Shown here piece after piece: positions 33,301-43,373 of a DNA stretch of 64,000 nucleotides. A model generated the notes under the pieces. The model was not told where the DNA came from. It saw only the letters and a list, made by a program, of their open reading frames with translations, and did not search any database. The DNA comes from Acidobacteriota bacterium (GTDB taxonomy: Bacteria > Acidobacteriota > UBA890 > WLXD01): NCBI GenBank assembly GCA_965205505.1, contig CBDBHB010000006.1, positions 96,001-160,000 on the forward strand, given 5' to 3'. The position numbers were made by a program, and so were the translations under genes. How positions within the stretch are numbered: position 1 is the stretch's first letter; each line of letters begins with the position of its first letter.

Positions 33301-33891
33301 CTACACTTCCACCGCGGAGGCGCGGCGAACTTCTGGATAGCGGAAACAGTCCACCGTATGGTCGTTTACCAATCCGGCGGCCTGCATGAAGGCGTAACAG
33401 ATCGTCGGGCCAACGAAGCGAAATCCGCGCTGCCGCAACTCCTTGCTCATGGTCTCGGATGTCGGAGTCTGCGTCGGGATGTCGCTCAACGTGCGCCAGG
33501 CGTTCTGCACCGGGACACCGTCGACGAAATCCCAGATGTAGCTGGCAAAGGATCCCTCCGTGGCTTGGAGCCGCAGCAGCGCGCGCGCGTTGTCGATCGC
33601 CGACGTCACCTTGAGACGGTTGCGTACGATCCCCGCATCCCGCATCAAGCGCTCGACGGAGCGCCGGTTGAACCGCGCTATGCGCTCGACGTCGAAGCCG
33701 GCAAAAGCCCTCCGATATCCTTCACGCTTCTTCAGGACTGTCGACCAGCTGAGGCCGGCTTGCGCGCCCTCGAGCAGCAGGAATTCGAACAGCCGGCGAT
33801 CGTTGCGAACTGGAACACCCCACTCGAGGTCGTGGTACTCAATGTCCAGAGGTCGGCTCGATCCTGCCCACTCGCAGCGCGTCATGCTCAT
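33301..33891 (-). CDS. tag: DNA-3-methyladenine glycosylase I
   Basis: YHDLEWG, LEGAQAGLSW, FVGPTICYAFMQAAGLVNDH. Confidence 0.96.
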   Translation of the reverse strand: MSMTRCEWAGSSRPLDIEYHDLEWGVPVRNDRRLFEFLLLEGAQAGLSWSTVLKKREGYRRAFAGFDVERIARFNRRSVERLMRDAGIVRNRLKVTSAIDNARALLRLQATEGSFASYIWDFVDGVPVQNAWRTLSDIPTQTPTSETMSKELRQRGFRFVGPTICYAFMQAAGLVNDHTVDCFRYPEVRRASAVEV

Positions 33892-33926
33892 ATGTCTAGG
33901 AACTGTGCCGGCCCCGCAAGGGGCTG

Positions 33927-35126
33927 CTATTCGCTCCGCAGCGCGTCCACCGGGTCGAGCGCCGCGGCACGACGCGCCGGCAGCACACCAGAGGCGAGGC
34001 CGGTGGCAAAGCTCACCGCCAGCGCCGCGATGACGAACTCGGTGGGGACATGCACTGGCAGTCCCGGCACTGCTGTACGCGCCAGCATCGCCAGCCCGAA
34101 GCCCACGCCGACACCTAGCGCACCGCCCGCCAGCGAAAGCGCTCCGGACTCCGCCAGGAACAGCAGCTGTACCTGGGTCGAGGTCGCGCCGAGCGCCTTG
34201 AGCAGGCCGATCTCGGAGGTCCGTTCACCAACGGCGATCCACATGATGGTGAGGATGCCGATCGAGCCGACTAGTAACGAGATGCCGCCGATGGCTGCCA
34301 CGCCTGCGGTGATCATGTCCATCACGTTGCCGAACACGTCGAGCATCTGGGTCTGCGTGGTGACGGTGAAATCCTCCCTCCCGTGGCGCTCGGTGAGCCG
34401 CGCTCGCACCGACGCCTCTACCTGCCGTTCGAGGCCAGCGTGCGAGAAGATGACGTCGATCTCCCACAGCTCGTCCTGGTTGAACAGCTTCAGTCCTTGC
34501 GACACCGGAACGTAAACAACGTCGTCGATGTCCATTCCGAGGATCTGTCCCTTGGGCTCCATGATGCCGATGACGCGAAACCGCTGACCACCGACGCGCA
34601 CGAACTTGCCGAGCGCATTGACCTCGCCAAACAGCTCCCGTTTCAACGTCGGCCCCAGCACCGCCACCGAGCCCCCTCGCCGGGGGTCACCCGCCGGCAG
34701 GAAGCTTCCCTGTCGCACACTGAACTTGAGCACGTCGGTGAGCGCTTCAGTGGCTCCGTAGATGAACACCGAGCGTCCACGCCCCTCCGCCTCGACCCTT
34801 CCCGAGCCCAGGGAGAACATTGCTACGCGCTCCACTCCAGGCAGCCTGGCGAGGGCCTCCGCATCGTCGATCGTCAGCTGCTTGGTGGTGCCGCCGAGAA
34901 CACCCGGAATGCCGATAGTCTCCTGCTTGCCAGGGTTGATCGCGATGATGTTGGTGCCGAACTGGGTGAACTGGTCGAGCACGTAGTGGCGGGTTCCCTC
35001 GCCGATGGCGGTTAGCAGAATCACCGCACAGACGCCTATGGCGATGCCCAGCATCGACAGGAACGTCCGTAGCCGATGCCCGCGCAGCGCCCCGGCGGCC
35101 AGCCTCAGGAGATCGGTTGTCGCCAT
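33927..35126 (-). CDS. ABC transporter permease (MacB/FtsX-like)
   Basis: RTFLSMLGIAIGV, ERTSEIGLLKALGA, LDPVDALR. Confidence 0.92.
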   Translation of the reverse strand: MATTDLLRLAAGALRGHRLRTFLSMLGIAIGVCAVILLTAIGEGTRHYVLDQFTQFGTNIIAINPGKQETIGIPGVLGGTTKQLTIDDAEALARLPGVERVAMFSLGSGRVEAEGRGRSVFIYGATEALTDVLKFSVRQGSFLPAGDPRRGGSVAVLGPTLKRELFGEVNALGKFVRVGGQRFRVIGIMEPKGQILGMDIDDVVYVPVSQGLKLFNQDELWEIDVIFSHAGLERQVEASVRARLTERHGREDFTVTTQTQMLDVFGNVMDMITAGVAAIGGISLLVGSIGILTIMWIAVGERTSEIGLLKALGATSTQVQLLFLAESGALSLAGGALGVGVGFGLAMLARTAVPGLPVHVPTEFVIAALAVSFATGLASGVLPARRAAALDPVDALRSE

Positions 35127-35127
35127 T

Positions 35128-36327
35128 TCAGCCTCGCAGTGCGGCGATCGGGTCGAGCCTGGTTGCCGTACGCGCCGGCAGCACACCGAAGATCGCGCCC
35201 ACGCCGATCGAGACGATCAGGGCGCCTGCGATCGCCCACGTCGGAGGTGTGGCATCGAGGGCCGGGAGAGCGACAACCAGGGTCTGGAGCGCGACGGCGG
35301 CGACGCCCAGACCGACCAAGCCGCCAGCAGTGCTCAGCAGCACCGCTTCGGTCAGGAAGGTGAACAGTATCTGACGTGGATGGGCGCCAACGGCCTTGAG
35401 CAACCCGATTTCGTGGGTCCGTTCCGACACCGAAACCAGCATGACGTTCATGATACCAATCCCGGCAACGCTCAACGAGATCGCCGCAATCCCCGCCAGC
35501 CCGGCGGTCAGAGCCGCGAAGATCTGAGAGAAGGCAGACATCACGGCGTCCTGGGTTATGAGGGTGAAATCCTCTTCATCGTGACGATCGACGAGAATCC
35601 GCGTGACGTTGGCCTGGATACGTTCGACGTCTGCCTGCGGATCATGCTGCAGCATGATACGGAACAGCGAGCTGCGGTTGAACAGGCGCATGCCGGTTGC
35701 CAACGGCACCATCACGATCTGATCGAAGTCCATTCCGAGCGTCACGCCGCGCGCCGCCATGACGCCGATCACGCGCATGCGGAAGTCGCCGATGCGCACC
35801 ACCTTGCCGATCGCGCCGGTGCCCGGAAAGAGGTCTCGGGCGATGCCGCTCCCGAGCACCGCCACCGAGGTACCACGCTCCCAGTCGCCTTCAGGCAAGT
35901 AGCGACCCGTGCGCATCTCGATATTGCGTAGGTCGCGCATCTCCGCCGTACATCCGAGGATCATCACCTGCTTACTGCGTCCGCCGACCGAGACCGTCTC
36001 GTTGCCGTTGGACACCGGCGCCACTCTGGTGATGGTGCGAACGTCGCGGGCAAGCGCTTCGGCGTCGGCGATGGTCAGATCGTTCGCTACTCCGCCGATT
36101 CCTGGAAGCCCGCCCGTGGTCTCGGTTCGCCCCGGTACCACGATAAGGATGTTGGTGCCGAGCGAGGCGAACTGATCGACGACGTAGGTGCGGGCGCCCT
36201 CGCCCAGCGACGTCAGGATGATGACCGAGGCGACGCCGATGGCCACGCCGGTCATGCTCAACGCCGTGCGCAGAGCATTGCCGCGGAGCGCCCGAAATGC
36301 GAAGCGCAGGATATCGAGCGCGCTCAT
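35128..36327 (-). CDS. ABC transporter permease (MacB/FtsX-like)
   Basis: GIGIMNVMLVSVSERTHEIG, LDPIAALR. Confidence 0.92.
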   Translation of the reverse strand: MSALDILRFAFRALRGNALRTALSMTGVAIGVASVIILTSLGEGARTYVVDQFASLGTNILIVVPGRTETTGGLPGIGGVANDLTIADAEALARDVRTITRVAPVSNGNETVSVGGRSKQVMILGCTAEMRDLRNIEMRTGRYLPEGDWERGTSVAVLGSGIARDLFPGTGAIGKVVRIGDFRMRVIGVMAARGVTLGMDFDQIVMVPLATGMRLFNRSSLFRIMLQHDPQADVERIQANVTRILVDRHDEEDFTLITQDAVMSAFSQIFAALTAGLAGIAAISLSVAGIGIMNVMLVSVSERTHEIGLLKAVGAHPRQILFTFLTEAVLLSTAGGLVGLGVAAVALQTLVVALPALDATPPTWAIAGALIVSIGVGAIFGVLPARTATRLDPIAALRG

Positions 36328-37100
36328 CGCGTGGGCTCGTAGCTTGATGCGGCGGCTACCGGCGGCACCGCATCATCGTCTGCATCCTCGGCGGCGGCTA
36401 TGTAGGGATTTACATCGCCCAAGTCGGCGCCGCGCATCCTCGACACGATGCATCCGTCCACCAACGTGACAACGCGATCGGCCCGCCGCGCCACCCCGGG
36501 ATCGTGGGTGACTAACACGAGGGTCAGCCCACGGCTTGTCAGCTCCTCGAGAAGGTCGAGCACCAGGCCCCCGGAACGGGTATCGAGGTTGCCGGTGGGC
36601 TCGTCGGCGAGCAATAGGCTCGGCTCCATCGTGATCGCGCGGGCGATGGCGACGCGCTGGCGTTCGCCTCCAGAGAGTTGATCCGGGCGGTGGTCGGCGC
36701 GGTTCTCCAGGTCGACGGACTCCAGGGCAACGTGTGCGCGCCGCCGCCGTTCGCGCCGCGCGATGCCGGCGAACATCATCGGTAGCTCGACGTTGCCTAC
36801 CGAGGTGAGGCGCGGAACCAGGTGGAACGACTGGAAAACGAAGCCAATCAGGTCCCGGCGGATGCTGGTGAGCTGCGTTTCGTTGAGTTGGGCAACTTCC
36901 TGACCGTCGAGCTCATAGGAGCCACGGCTCGGGCGGTCGAGGCAGCCCAGGAGGTTCAGCAGCGTCGACTTGCCCGAGCCCGAAGGGCCCATAATGGCGA
37001 CGTGCTCCCCGGCTTCGATGTCCTCGCTGATCTCGCGCAATGCGTGCAGCGGCCGGCCGCCGACATCGTACGTGCGCCAGATGTCGCGCAGCCGGATCAT
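36324..37100 (-). CDS. ABC transporter ATP-binding protein
   Basis: GPSGSGKST, LSGGERQR, LADEPTGNLD. Confidence 0.95.
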   Translation of the reverse strand: MIRLRDIWRTYDVGGRPLHALREISEDIEAGEHVAIMGPSGSGKSTLLNLLGCLDRPSRGSYELDGQEVAQLNETQLTSIRRDLIGFVFQSFHLVPRLTSVGNVELPMMFAGIARRERRRRAHVALESVDLENRADHRPDQLSGGERQRVAIARAITMEPSLLLADEPTGNLDTRSGGLVLDLLEELTSRGLTLVLVTHDPGVARRADRVVTLVDGCIVSRMRGADLGDVNPYIAAAEDADDDAVPPVAAASSYEPTR

Positions 37101-37101
37101 G

Positions 37102-38256
37102 TCACCCCGCGCTGCTCTCCCCGGCGACCACCACCTGGGCGCCGGGTTGCACCTCGACGCGGTCGAGCGAGGTCACGACCCGATCGGTAACGCCAAGGCC
37201 CGAGAGGATCTCGCTGAAATTCCAGTTACGCAGCCCGATCTGCACTTCACGCCGTACCAGCATGCCGTCTTCAACGACAAGCACGGCGCTCCCCTCGAGC
37301 AGGGTCGCGGTGGGCAGCCGCAGGGCGTCATCGTGTGTTTCCAGGATGACCTCGACGTCCGCCGAGGTGCCGGGCAGCAGCGAGGACGCGAGCTCCTGAT
37401 CATCGAGCTCCACCTCGATCTCCACTGTGCGGTTCTGCGCCTCGATGTCGAGCACGTAGGGGGCAACGCGTGTCACGGTGCCGGGGAAGATCTTGCCGGG
37501 GTACGAATCGATGGTTGTGCGCACCTGTTGGCCGGCCATGATGCGTGCCGAGTCCACCTCGTCCATCGGTGCGCTGATGAAGATCGACGTGGTGTCGATG
37601 ATCTCCATCACCGGCGGTATCGGCAGCCCCGGCGGCGATGGAGTCGTGTACTCGCCGAGCTCGATCGATAGCTCCGATACGACGCCGCCGAACGGTGCTC
37701 GCAGCACTGTCTTACGTAGCTCACTCTCGATCAGGCCGATCGCCGCACGGGCGCTCGCGATCATCGCATCGGCAGCGTCGCAGGACGCGGCCGAAGTCTG
37801 GGCCCGGCTGTCGAGCTGATCGAGCAGGTTCTGCGACACGATCTGACGTGCCGCCAGCTCTTGATAGCGGCCGTGCTCACGGCGTGCTTGGTCGGCCGCT
37901 AGGCAGGCCTCGCGGTGACGTGCCTCGGCGGTGATGACATCGCGCCGGGCCTTTTCCAGTTGGGCCCGATGGGTCGAGTCATCGAGCTGCATCAGAACCT
38001 GGCCGCGTCGGACCTCTGAGCCGGCGCGCACCGGAAGCTCGACGACGCGCCCACCGATCTCGGGTGAGAGGCTTGCCCGCCGTCTTGCCTTTACGGTGCC
38101 TGCCTTCGAGTTCGTGATCGTCGACTCGACTCGACCGCGGGTCGGCTGTAGCACGCTCACTTCGATCGGCTGCGGCGCGAAGTACGTGAAACGCGCGTAA
38201 AAGACGGCCGCAACGAGCGCGCCAAGCACGACGATGCGAACGAGCCACCTGAGCAT
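37102..38256 (-). CDS. Efflux periplasmic adaptor subunit (MacA-like)
   Basis: N-terminal TM anchor, lipoyl motifs (GGRVVEL, LRAPFGGVV), coiled coil. Confidence 0.9.
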   Translation of the reverse strand: MLRWLVRIVVLGALVAAVFYARFTYFAPQPIEVSVLQPTRGRVESTITNSKAGTVKARRRASLSPEIGGRVVELPVRAGSEVRRGQVLMQLDDSTHRAQLEKARRDVITAEARHREACLAADQARREHGRYQELAARQIVSQNLLDQLDSRAQTSAASCDAADAMIASARAAIGLIESELRKTVLRAPFGGVVSELSIELGEYTTPSPPGLPIPPVMEIIDTTSIFISAPMDEVDSARIMAGQQVRTTIDSYPGKIFPGTVTRVAPYVLDIEAQNRTVEIEVELDDQELASSLLPGTSADVEVILETHDDALRLPTATLLEGSAVLVVEDGMLVRREVQIGLRNWNFSEILSGLGVTDRVVTSLDRVEVQPGAQVVVAGESSAG

Positions 38257-38356
38257 GGAGAAACTCTAGCACCCGCGTCCATCTGCCAACTGCCGGGCCG
38301 ACCGCCCAACGATCTTTGTGGACACGGCCGGCCGGCCCTTGAACGGACGCGGTCGG

Positions 38357-39424
38357 CTAGCAGGCCGCGCCGGTTGCCTCCAGGCGGTCGAGGACTGCGG
38401 ACCCCGCCGTCGCGGTGTCGATCGTCCCGTCGGAGTCTAGGTCGCGCGGCAGGAACCCATCGTGCAGCGCGGTGTCGACAGCCGCCTCTACAGCGGCTGC
38501 TTCGTCCTGTAGGCCAAGCGAGTGTCGCAGGAGCATCGCCACACTGAGGATAGCTGCATACGGATTGGCAACCCCCTGCCCAGCGATATCGGGTGCCGAG
38601 CCATGTACCGGCTCGTAGAGGCCACGCCGGCCGATCCCCAGTGACGCGGATGGGAGCATGCCCAGCGATCCCACCAGTACGGCCGCCTCGTCCGACAGAA
38701 TGTCGCCGAACATATTCTCGGTGACGATGACATCGAAGTCTGACGGGCGGGTCACCAGGTGCATCGCCATGGAGTCGACCAGACCGTGCTCGAGGGTGAT
38801 CTCGGGAAACTCGTCGGCGGCGATGGTGCTGGCCGTCTCGCGCCAAAGCCGCGAGGTGTCGAGCACGTTCGCCTTATCGACAGAGGTTACGAGCTGTCGT
38901 CGGCCGCCGGCCATCTCGCAGGCGATCCGGACCACCCTCGCGATCTCGGGACGGGTGTATACGCAGGTGTCGAATGCGCGATCGGCGTCGCGGCCACGCT
39001 CACCGTAATAGAGGCCACCGGTGAGCTCACGTACGATCATCAGGTCCACGCCGCCGAGGTATTCCGGACGTATCGGGGAGGCGTCGGTCAGCGACTCGTG
39101 CGTACGGATTGGCCGGAGATTGACGAACAGCTCCAGTTCACTGCGCAGCCTGAGCAGTCCGGCCTCGGGCCGCAGGGCCTGGTCGTTGAACCGCGGGTGG
39201 CCGACGGCCCCCAACAGCACGGCGTCGGCGTCGCGACAGAGCTCGACCGTGGCTGCCGGAAGTGGGTCGTCAGCAGAATCGATCGCCTCGCCGCCGATGG
39301 CGGCACGCCGTACATCGAACGTGTGGCCGTACAGCTCGCCGAGCTTCTCGAGCACGCGGAGCGCCTGTTCGCATACCTCGGGTCCGACGCCGTCGCCGCC
39401 CAGCACGGCGATCAGCGATCTCAT
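38357..39424 (-). CDS. leuB: 3-isopropylmalate dehydrogenase
   Basis: GDGVGPEV, RELTGGLYYG, DKANVL, NMFGDILSD, EPVHGSAPDIAG. Confidence 0.96.
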   Translation of the reverse strand: MRSLIAVLGGDGVGPEVCEQALRVLEKLGELYGHTFDVRRAAIGGEAIDSADDPLPAATVELCRDADAVLLGAVGHPRFNDQALRPEAGLLRLRSELELFVNLRPIRTHESLTDASPIRPEYLGGVDLMIVRELTGGLYYGERGRDADRAFDTCVYTRPEIARVVRIACEMAGGRRQLVTSVDKANVLDTSRLWRETASTIAADEFPEITLEHGLVDSMAMHLVTRPSDFDVIVTENMFGDILSDEAAVLVGSLGMLPSASLGIGRRGLYEPVHGSAPDIAGQGVANPYAAILSVAMLLRHSLGLQDEAAAVEAAVDTALHDGFLPRDLDSDGTIDTATAGSAVLDRLEATGAAC

Positions 39425-40011
39425 GGTCGTGGCTCGAGGCGGCGCTCGAATGCGGCGATTGCGTCCTCCTTGGAGCACAGGAATCCGAGCTCGTCGGTTC
39501 CCTCCAGCAGGCAGCGGCGCGCGAAGGGATCGATCTCGAAGGTCACCGACATACCTCCGGGCAGGTCGACGCGACGCTCCACGAGGTCGATGGTGACGGT
39601 GCCGAACCCGGCTTCGAGCAACTCTCCCAAGCGTTCGGCGGCAACATCGATCGCCAGCAGCCCGTTCTTGAGCGCGTTGGTGCGGAAGATGTCGGCGATG
39701 CTCGTGCTGATCACGGCACGGAACCCGTTGTCCACCAGCGCCCACGGAGCGTGCTCACGTGACGAGCCGCAACCGAAGTTCTCGCCTGCCACGAGTACCT
39801 GAGCTCCGCGCGCATCGTCGTGATTGAGCGGAAAGTCAGCGCGCGGGTTCCCCTGCTCGTCGACGCGCCAGTCAGCGAACAGACCCTCGGCCAGGCCGGT
39901 ACGATCCGTCACAGTCAGGTAGCGGGCGGGAATAATCCGATCGGTGTCTATGTCGTGCATCGGCAACGCGACAAACGGCGACGTCACAACGGTGAACGGC
40001 TCGAAGCTCAT
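39421..40011 (-). CDS. leuD: 3-isopropylmalate dehydratase small subunit
   Basis: [21 protein letters not shown]. Confidence 0.96.
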   Translation of the reverse strand: MSFEPFTVVTSPFVALPMHDIDTDRIIPARYLTVTDRTGLAEGLFADWRVDEQGNPRADFPLNHDDARGAQVLVAGENFGCGSSREHAPWALVDNGFRAVISTSIADIFRTNALKNGLLAIDVAAERLGELLEAGFGTVTIDLVERRVDLPGGMSVTFEIDPFARRCLLEGTDELGFLCSKEDAIAAFERRLEPRP

Positions 40012-41405
40012 GCCAGCAGCTCCCGGGGGTCGGCCACGCAGCCGGCGACGGCGCTGGCCGCGGCGGTCAGCGGGCTTGCCAGAAACGTGCGCCCGCCGCG
40101 GCCCTGTCGGCCCTCGAAGTTTCGGTTGCTGGTGCTCACGCAGTATTGCCCTGTCTCGAGCGCGTCGCCGTTCATGGCGATGCACATCGAGCAGCCGGAA
40201 TCTCTCCACTCGGCGCCAGCCTCTCGAAACACTCGATCGAGGCCCTCGGATTCAGCCTGCCGCTTGACTGCCGCCGATCCCGGCACGACCACCATACGCA
40301 CACCGTCAGCGACGCGTCTGGTCTTCATGATGCTTGCTGCCGCCCGCAGGTCGGAGATGCGGGAGTTTGTGCAACTGCCAACGAACACCACGTCGATCGG
40401 TTGATCGAGCAGCGGCACCCCTGGCTCGAGTCCCATATAACTCAGGGCGCGCTCAATTGCCGGATCGCCGTTGGGCGCCGGCACCTCACCGTGCAACGGG
40501 ATGCTCATGCCGGGATTCGTGCCGTAGGTAACCATCGGTTCGATCGCGGCCGCCGCCATCGAAACCTCGCGGTCGAATACCGCGTCGGCGTCGCTGCGCA
40601 GCTTCTGCCATCGCGCGACGGTTGCGTCCCAGTCGTCGGCGCTCGGCGCGTGAGGCCGGCCGGCGAGGTACTCGAACGTGGTCTCGTCGGGGGCGATCAA
40701 GCCGGCGCGGCCACCAGCTTCGATGGACATGTTGCACACCGTCATGCGGCCCTCCATCGATAGCTTGCGCACTGCGCCGCCGGCGTACTCGATCACATGT
40801 CCGGTCGCCCCGCCGACGCCGATCTGTCGGATCAGCGCCAGCATCAGATCCTTCGCCGTTACTCCCGTTTGCAGGCTCCCTTCGACCAGCACGCGCATCG
40901 TCTTCGACTTGCGTTGCAGCAGGCATTGCGTGGCCAGCACGTGCGCTACCTGGCTGGTGCCGATGCCGAACGCCAGAGCGCCGAAAGCCCCGTGGGTGCT
41001 GGTGTGGCTATCGCCACAAACGATGGTCATACTGGGCTGTGTGAGCCCCAGCTCCGGGCCTATGACGTGAACGATGCCCTGCTCCGGGGCACCGAGCTCA
41101 TACAGCCGGATCTGGTGCTCACCGCAGTTGTTCGCGAGGCACTCGACCTGGATCCGCGCCTGGTCCGTTACATAGAGGAGGTCGCCCGCATCGTCGCGCC
41201 GCGTGGGTGTGGAATGATCCATCGTGGCGACGGTCAGATCCGGTCGACGCACCGCAAGGCCGTCGGACCGCAAACGATCGAACGCCTGCGGCGAGGTGAC
41301 CTCGTGGATCAAGTGGAGGTCGACGTAGAGAATCCCGGGCGTATCGGTGGTTTCCGGTTGTACGAGATGCGCGTCCCACAGCTTGTCGTACAGCGTCGAG
41401 GGCAT
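40008..41405 (-). CDS. leuC: 3-isopropylmalate dehydratase large subunit
   Basis: [42 protein letters not shown]. Confidence 0.97.
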   Translation of the reverse strand: MPSTLYDKLWDAHLVQPETTDTPGILYVDLHLIHEVTSPQAFDRLRSDGLAVRRPDLTVATMDHSTPTRRDDAGDLLYVTDQARIQVECLANNCGEHQIRLYELGAPEQGIVHVIGPELGLTQPSMTIVCGDSHTSTHGAFGALAFGIGTSQVAHVLATQCLLQRKSKTMRVLVEGSLQTGVTAKDLMLALIRQIGVGGATGHVIEYAGGAVRKLSMEGRMTVCNMSIEAGGRAGLIAPDETTFEYLAGRPHAPSADDWDATVARWQKLRSDADAVFDREVSMAAAAIEPMVTYGTNPGMSIPLHGEVPAPNGDPAIERALSYMGLEPGVPLLDQPIDVVFVGSCTNSRISDLRAAASIMKTRRVADGVRMVVVPGSAAVKRQAESEGLDRVFREAGAEWRDSGCSMCIAMNGDALETGQYCVSTSNRNFEGRQGRGGRTFLASPLTAAASAVAGCVADPRELLA

Positions 41406-41409
41406 GGCG

Positions 41410-42996
41410 TCAGCGCGCGTCGGCATGCTTGCGTGAGCGCTGCGGTTCCGCGACCTCTTTGGGCGTCGGTGCGGCCAACTGTGGCATCTCGTCGGCGAGG
41501 ACATAGTTGACCAGGCTCATATAGGCGTCGGCACTGGCCTCGATAACGTCGGTGCTCACGGCATGGGCTCGATACAAGCGACCGTTGCGCATGGTCTCGA
41601 TGGTGACTTCGCCCTGGGCGTCCTTTCCCTGGGTGACGCTCCGAACGTTGTAATCGTGCAGTTCGACACGCACCCCAGTAGCGCGGTCGATCGCCTTGAA
41701 AAGAGAATCCACCGGCCCGTCGCCACACGCTGCTTCCTGTCGCTCTTCGCCGTCCCGGTGCTCGATTCTGACCTCCGCCACGTGCTGAATGCCCTTGCCG
41801 GCGATGGTCTGGAAGCCGACGATGCTCCAGACCTGCGGCGTATCCTGCAGGCTTTCATCGATCAGCGCCCGGATGTCGGCGTCGTACACGGTGCGCTTCA
41901 CGTCGGCCAGCTTTTTGAACTCGGCGAACACCTCCACGAGCTGTTCCTCGTCGAGCTCGAAACCCATCTCCTCGACGTGACTGCGGAAGGCGTGGCGACC
42001 GCTGTGCTTGCCCAACACGAGGTTGCTCGCACCAACCCCGACATCTTCGGGGCGCATAATCTCGTAGGTCGAGTGGTGCATCAGCATGCCGTGCTGGTGT
42101 ATGCCGGCTTCATGAGCGAACGCGTTGTCGCCCACGATCGCCTTGTTACGCTGCACCGCCAGGCCGGTAATATTCGAGAGCAGTTGGCTCGTGGGGTACA
42201 GCTTGGTGGCGTCGATGGCAGTATCCAGCTCAAAGAAGTCGTTGCGCGTGCGGAGCGCCATCACGACCTCCTCTAGCGAGCAATTGCCAGCCCGCTCGCC
42301 GATACCGTTGATGGTGCACTCCACCTGTCGGGCGCCGGCCCCGAGCGCCGCGAGCGTGTTGGCTACCGCGAGCCCGAGATCGTCGTGGCAATGAACGCTC
42401 AACACCGCGTCGCCGAGCTCCTCGACTCGGTCTAGCAGCCCAGCAATGCGTTCACCGAACTCACTCGGTGCTGCGTAGCCGACGGTGTCGGGGATATTGA
42501 TCGTCGTGGCACCGACCTGAAGCGCGCAGCGAACGACCTCATCGAGAAAGTCGGGCTCGGTGCGTGAGGCGTCCTCGGGAGAAAACTCCACGTCGTCGCA
42601 AAGGCTCCGAGCGAGCTCAACCGACTCCGCGGTGCGCCGCAGGATTTCCTCCTTGGCCATCTTGAGCTTGTGCTCACGGTGGATCGCGCTGGTGGCTAAG
42701 AACACATGCAATCGCGGGCGGTCTGACTCTTTCACCGCCTCCCAGGCGCGTTCGATGTCCTTGCGGTTACAGCGCGCCAGCCCGGCGATTATCGGCCCGT
42801 CGATGTTGCGTGCGACGGCGCGCACTGCTTCGAAGTCGCCCGGCGACGCGATCGGGAAACCCGCCTCGATGATGTCGACCCCGAGGTCGGCCAGCGCCTC
42901 CGCCATGCGCAGCTTTTCGGGGATATTCATGCTGGCGCCGGGAGACTGTTCTCCGTCGCGCAGCGTCGTGTCGAAAATCAAAACGCGTCCGCTCAT
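41410..42996 (-). CDS. leuA: 2-isopropylmalate synthase
   Basis: [26 protein letters not shown]-terminal regulatory domain (GPVD, GKDAQG). Confidence 0.97.
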   Translation of the reverse strand: MSGRVLIFDTTLRDGEQSPGASMNIPEKLRMAEALADLGVDIIEAGFPIASPGDFEAVRAVARNIDGPIIAGLARCNRKDIERAWEAVKESDRPRLHVFLATSAIHREHKLKMAKEEILRRTAESVELARSLCDDVEFSPEDASRTEPDFLDEVVRCALQVGATTINIPDTVGYAAPSEFGERIAGLLDRVEELGDAVLSVHCHDDLGLAVANTLAALGAGARQVECTINGIGERAGNCSLEEVVMALRTRNDFFELDTAIDATKLYPTSQLLSNITGLAVQRNKAIVGDNAFAHEAGIHQHGMLMHHSTYEIMRPEDVGVGASNLVLGKHSGRHAFRSHVEEMGFELDEEQLVEVFAEFKKLADVKRTVYDADIRALIDESLQDTPQVWSIVGFQTIAGKGIQHVAEVRIEHRDGEERQEAACGDGPVDSLFKAIDRATGVRVELHDYNVRSVTQGKDAQGEVTIETMRNGRLYRAHAVSTDVIEASADAYMSLVNYVLADEMPQLAAPTPKEVAEPQRSRKHADAR

Positions 42997-43057
42997 GGTG
43001 CTTCCTCACATCGGAGGTCGGCTATTCGTGGGTATGAGATCGAGATCATCTGGGCGC

Positions 43058-43090
43058 AAGAAAAGCCCCGCCCTGACTCAGGGACGGGGC
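43058..43090 (-). terminator. Attenuator terminator of the leu operon
   Basis: - strand GCCCCGTCCCTGAGTCAGGGCGGGGC followed by TTTTCTT. Confidence 0.85.
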
Positions 43091-43106
43091 GTCGATCGAA
43101 CGCTGG

Positions 43107-43199
43107 CTAAGTGGATCGAGCGCCCCTCCTGAGAAGGAGGAGCAGCCTAAGAGCGAGAGCGCACCGGCTGCCGCCGTGGCTCGAACAAATGTCGCGCAT
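43107..43199 (-). CDS. leuL: leu operon leader peptide
   Basis: MRDICSSHGGSRCALALRLLLLLRRGARST* with five consecutive Leu codons. TTGACA at 43265-43270 upstream. Confidence 0.82.
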   Translation of the reverse strand: MRDICSSHGGSRCALALRLLLLLRRGARST

Positions 43200-43373
43200 G
43201 GTCTCGATCCGCCAATTGTCATGCCGCCGAGCGTTGCGTCAGAATCGACGCTCGTACGGTAGACTGTCAAGCTGCGAAGTATGGTGTGCGGCGGGTAGGC
43301 GAGTCAATAGATCGCGGCCCTTTCCACGTTCGCAGCCAGACCGATCCGGATGCTGGACAGAGCAATCCCACCA

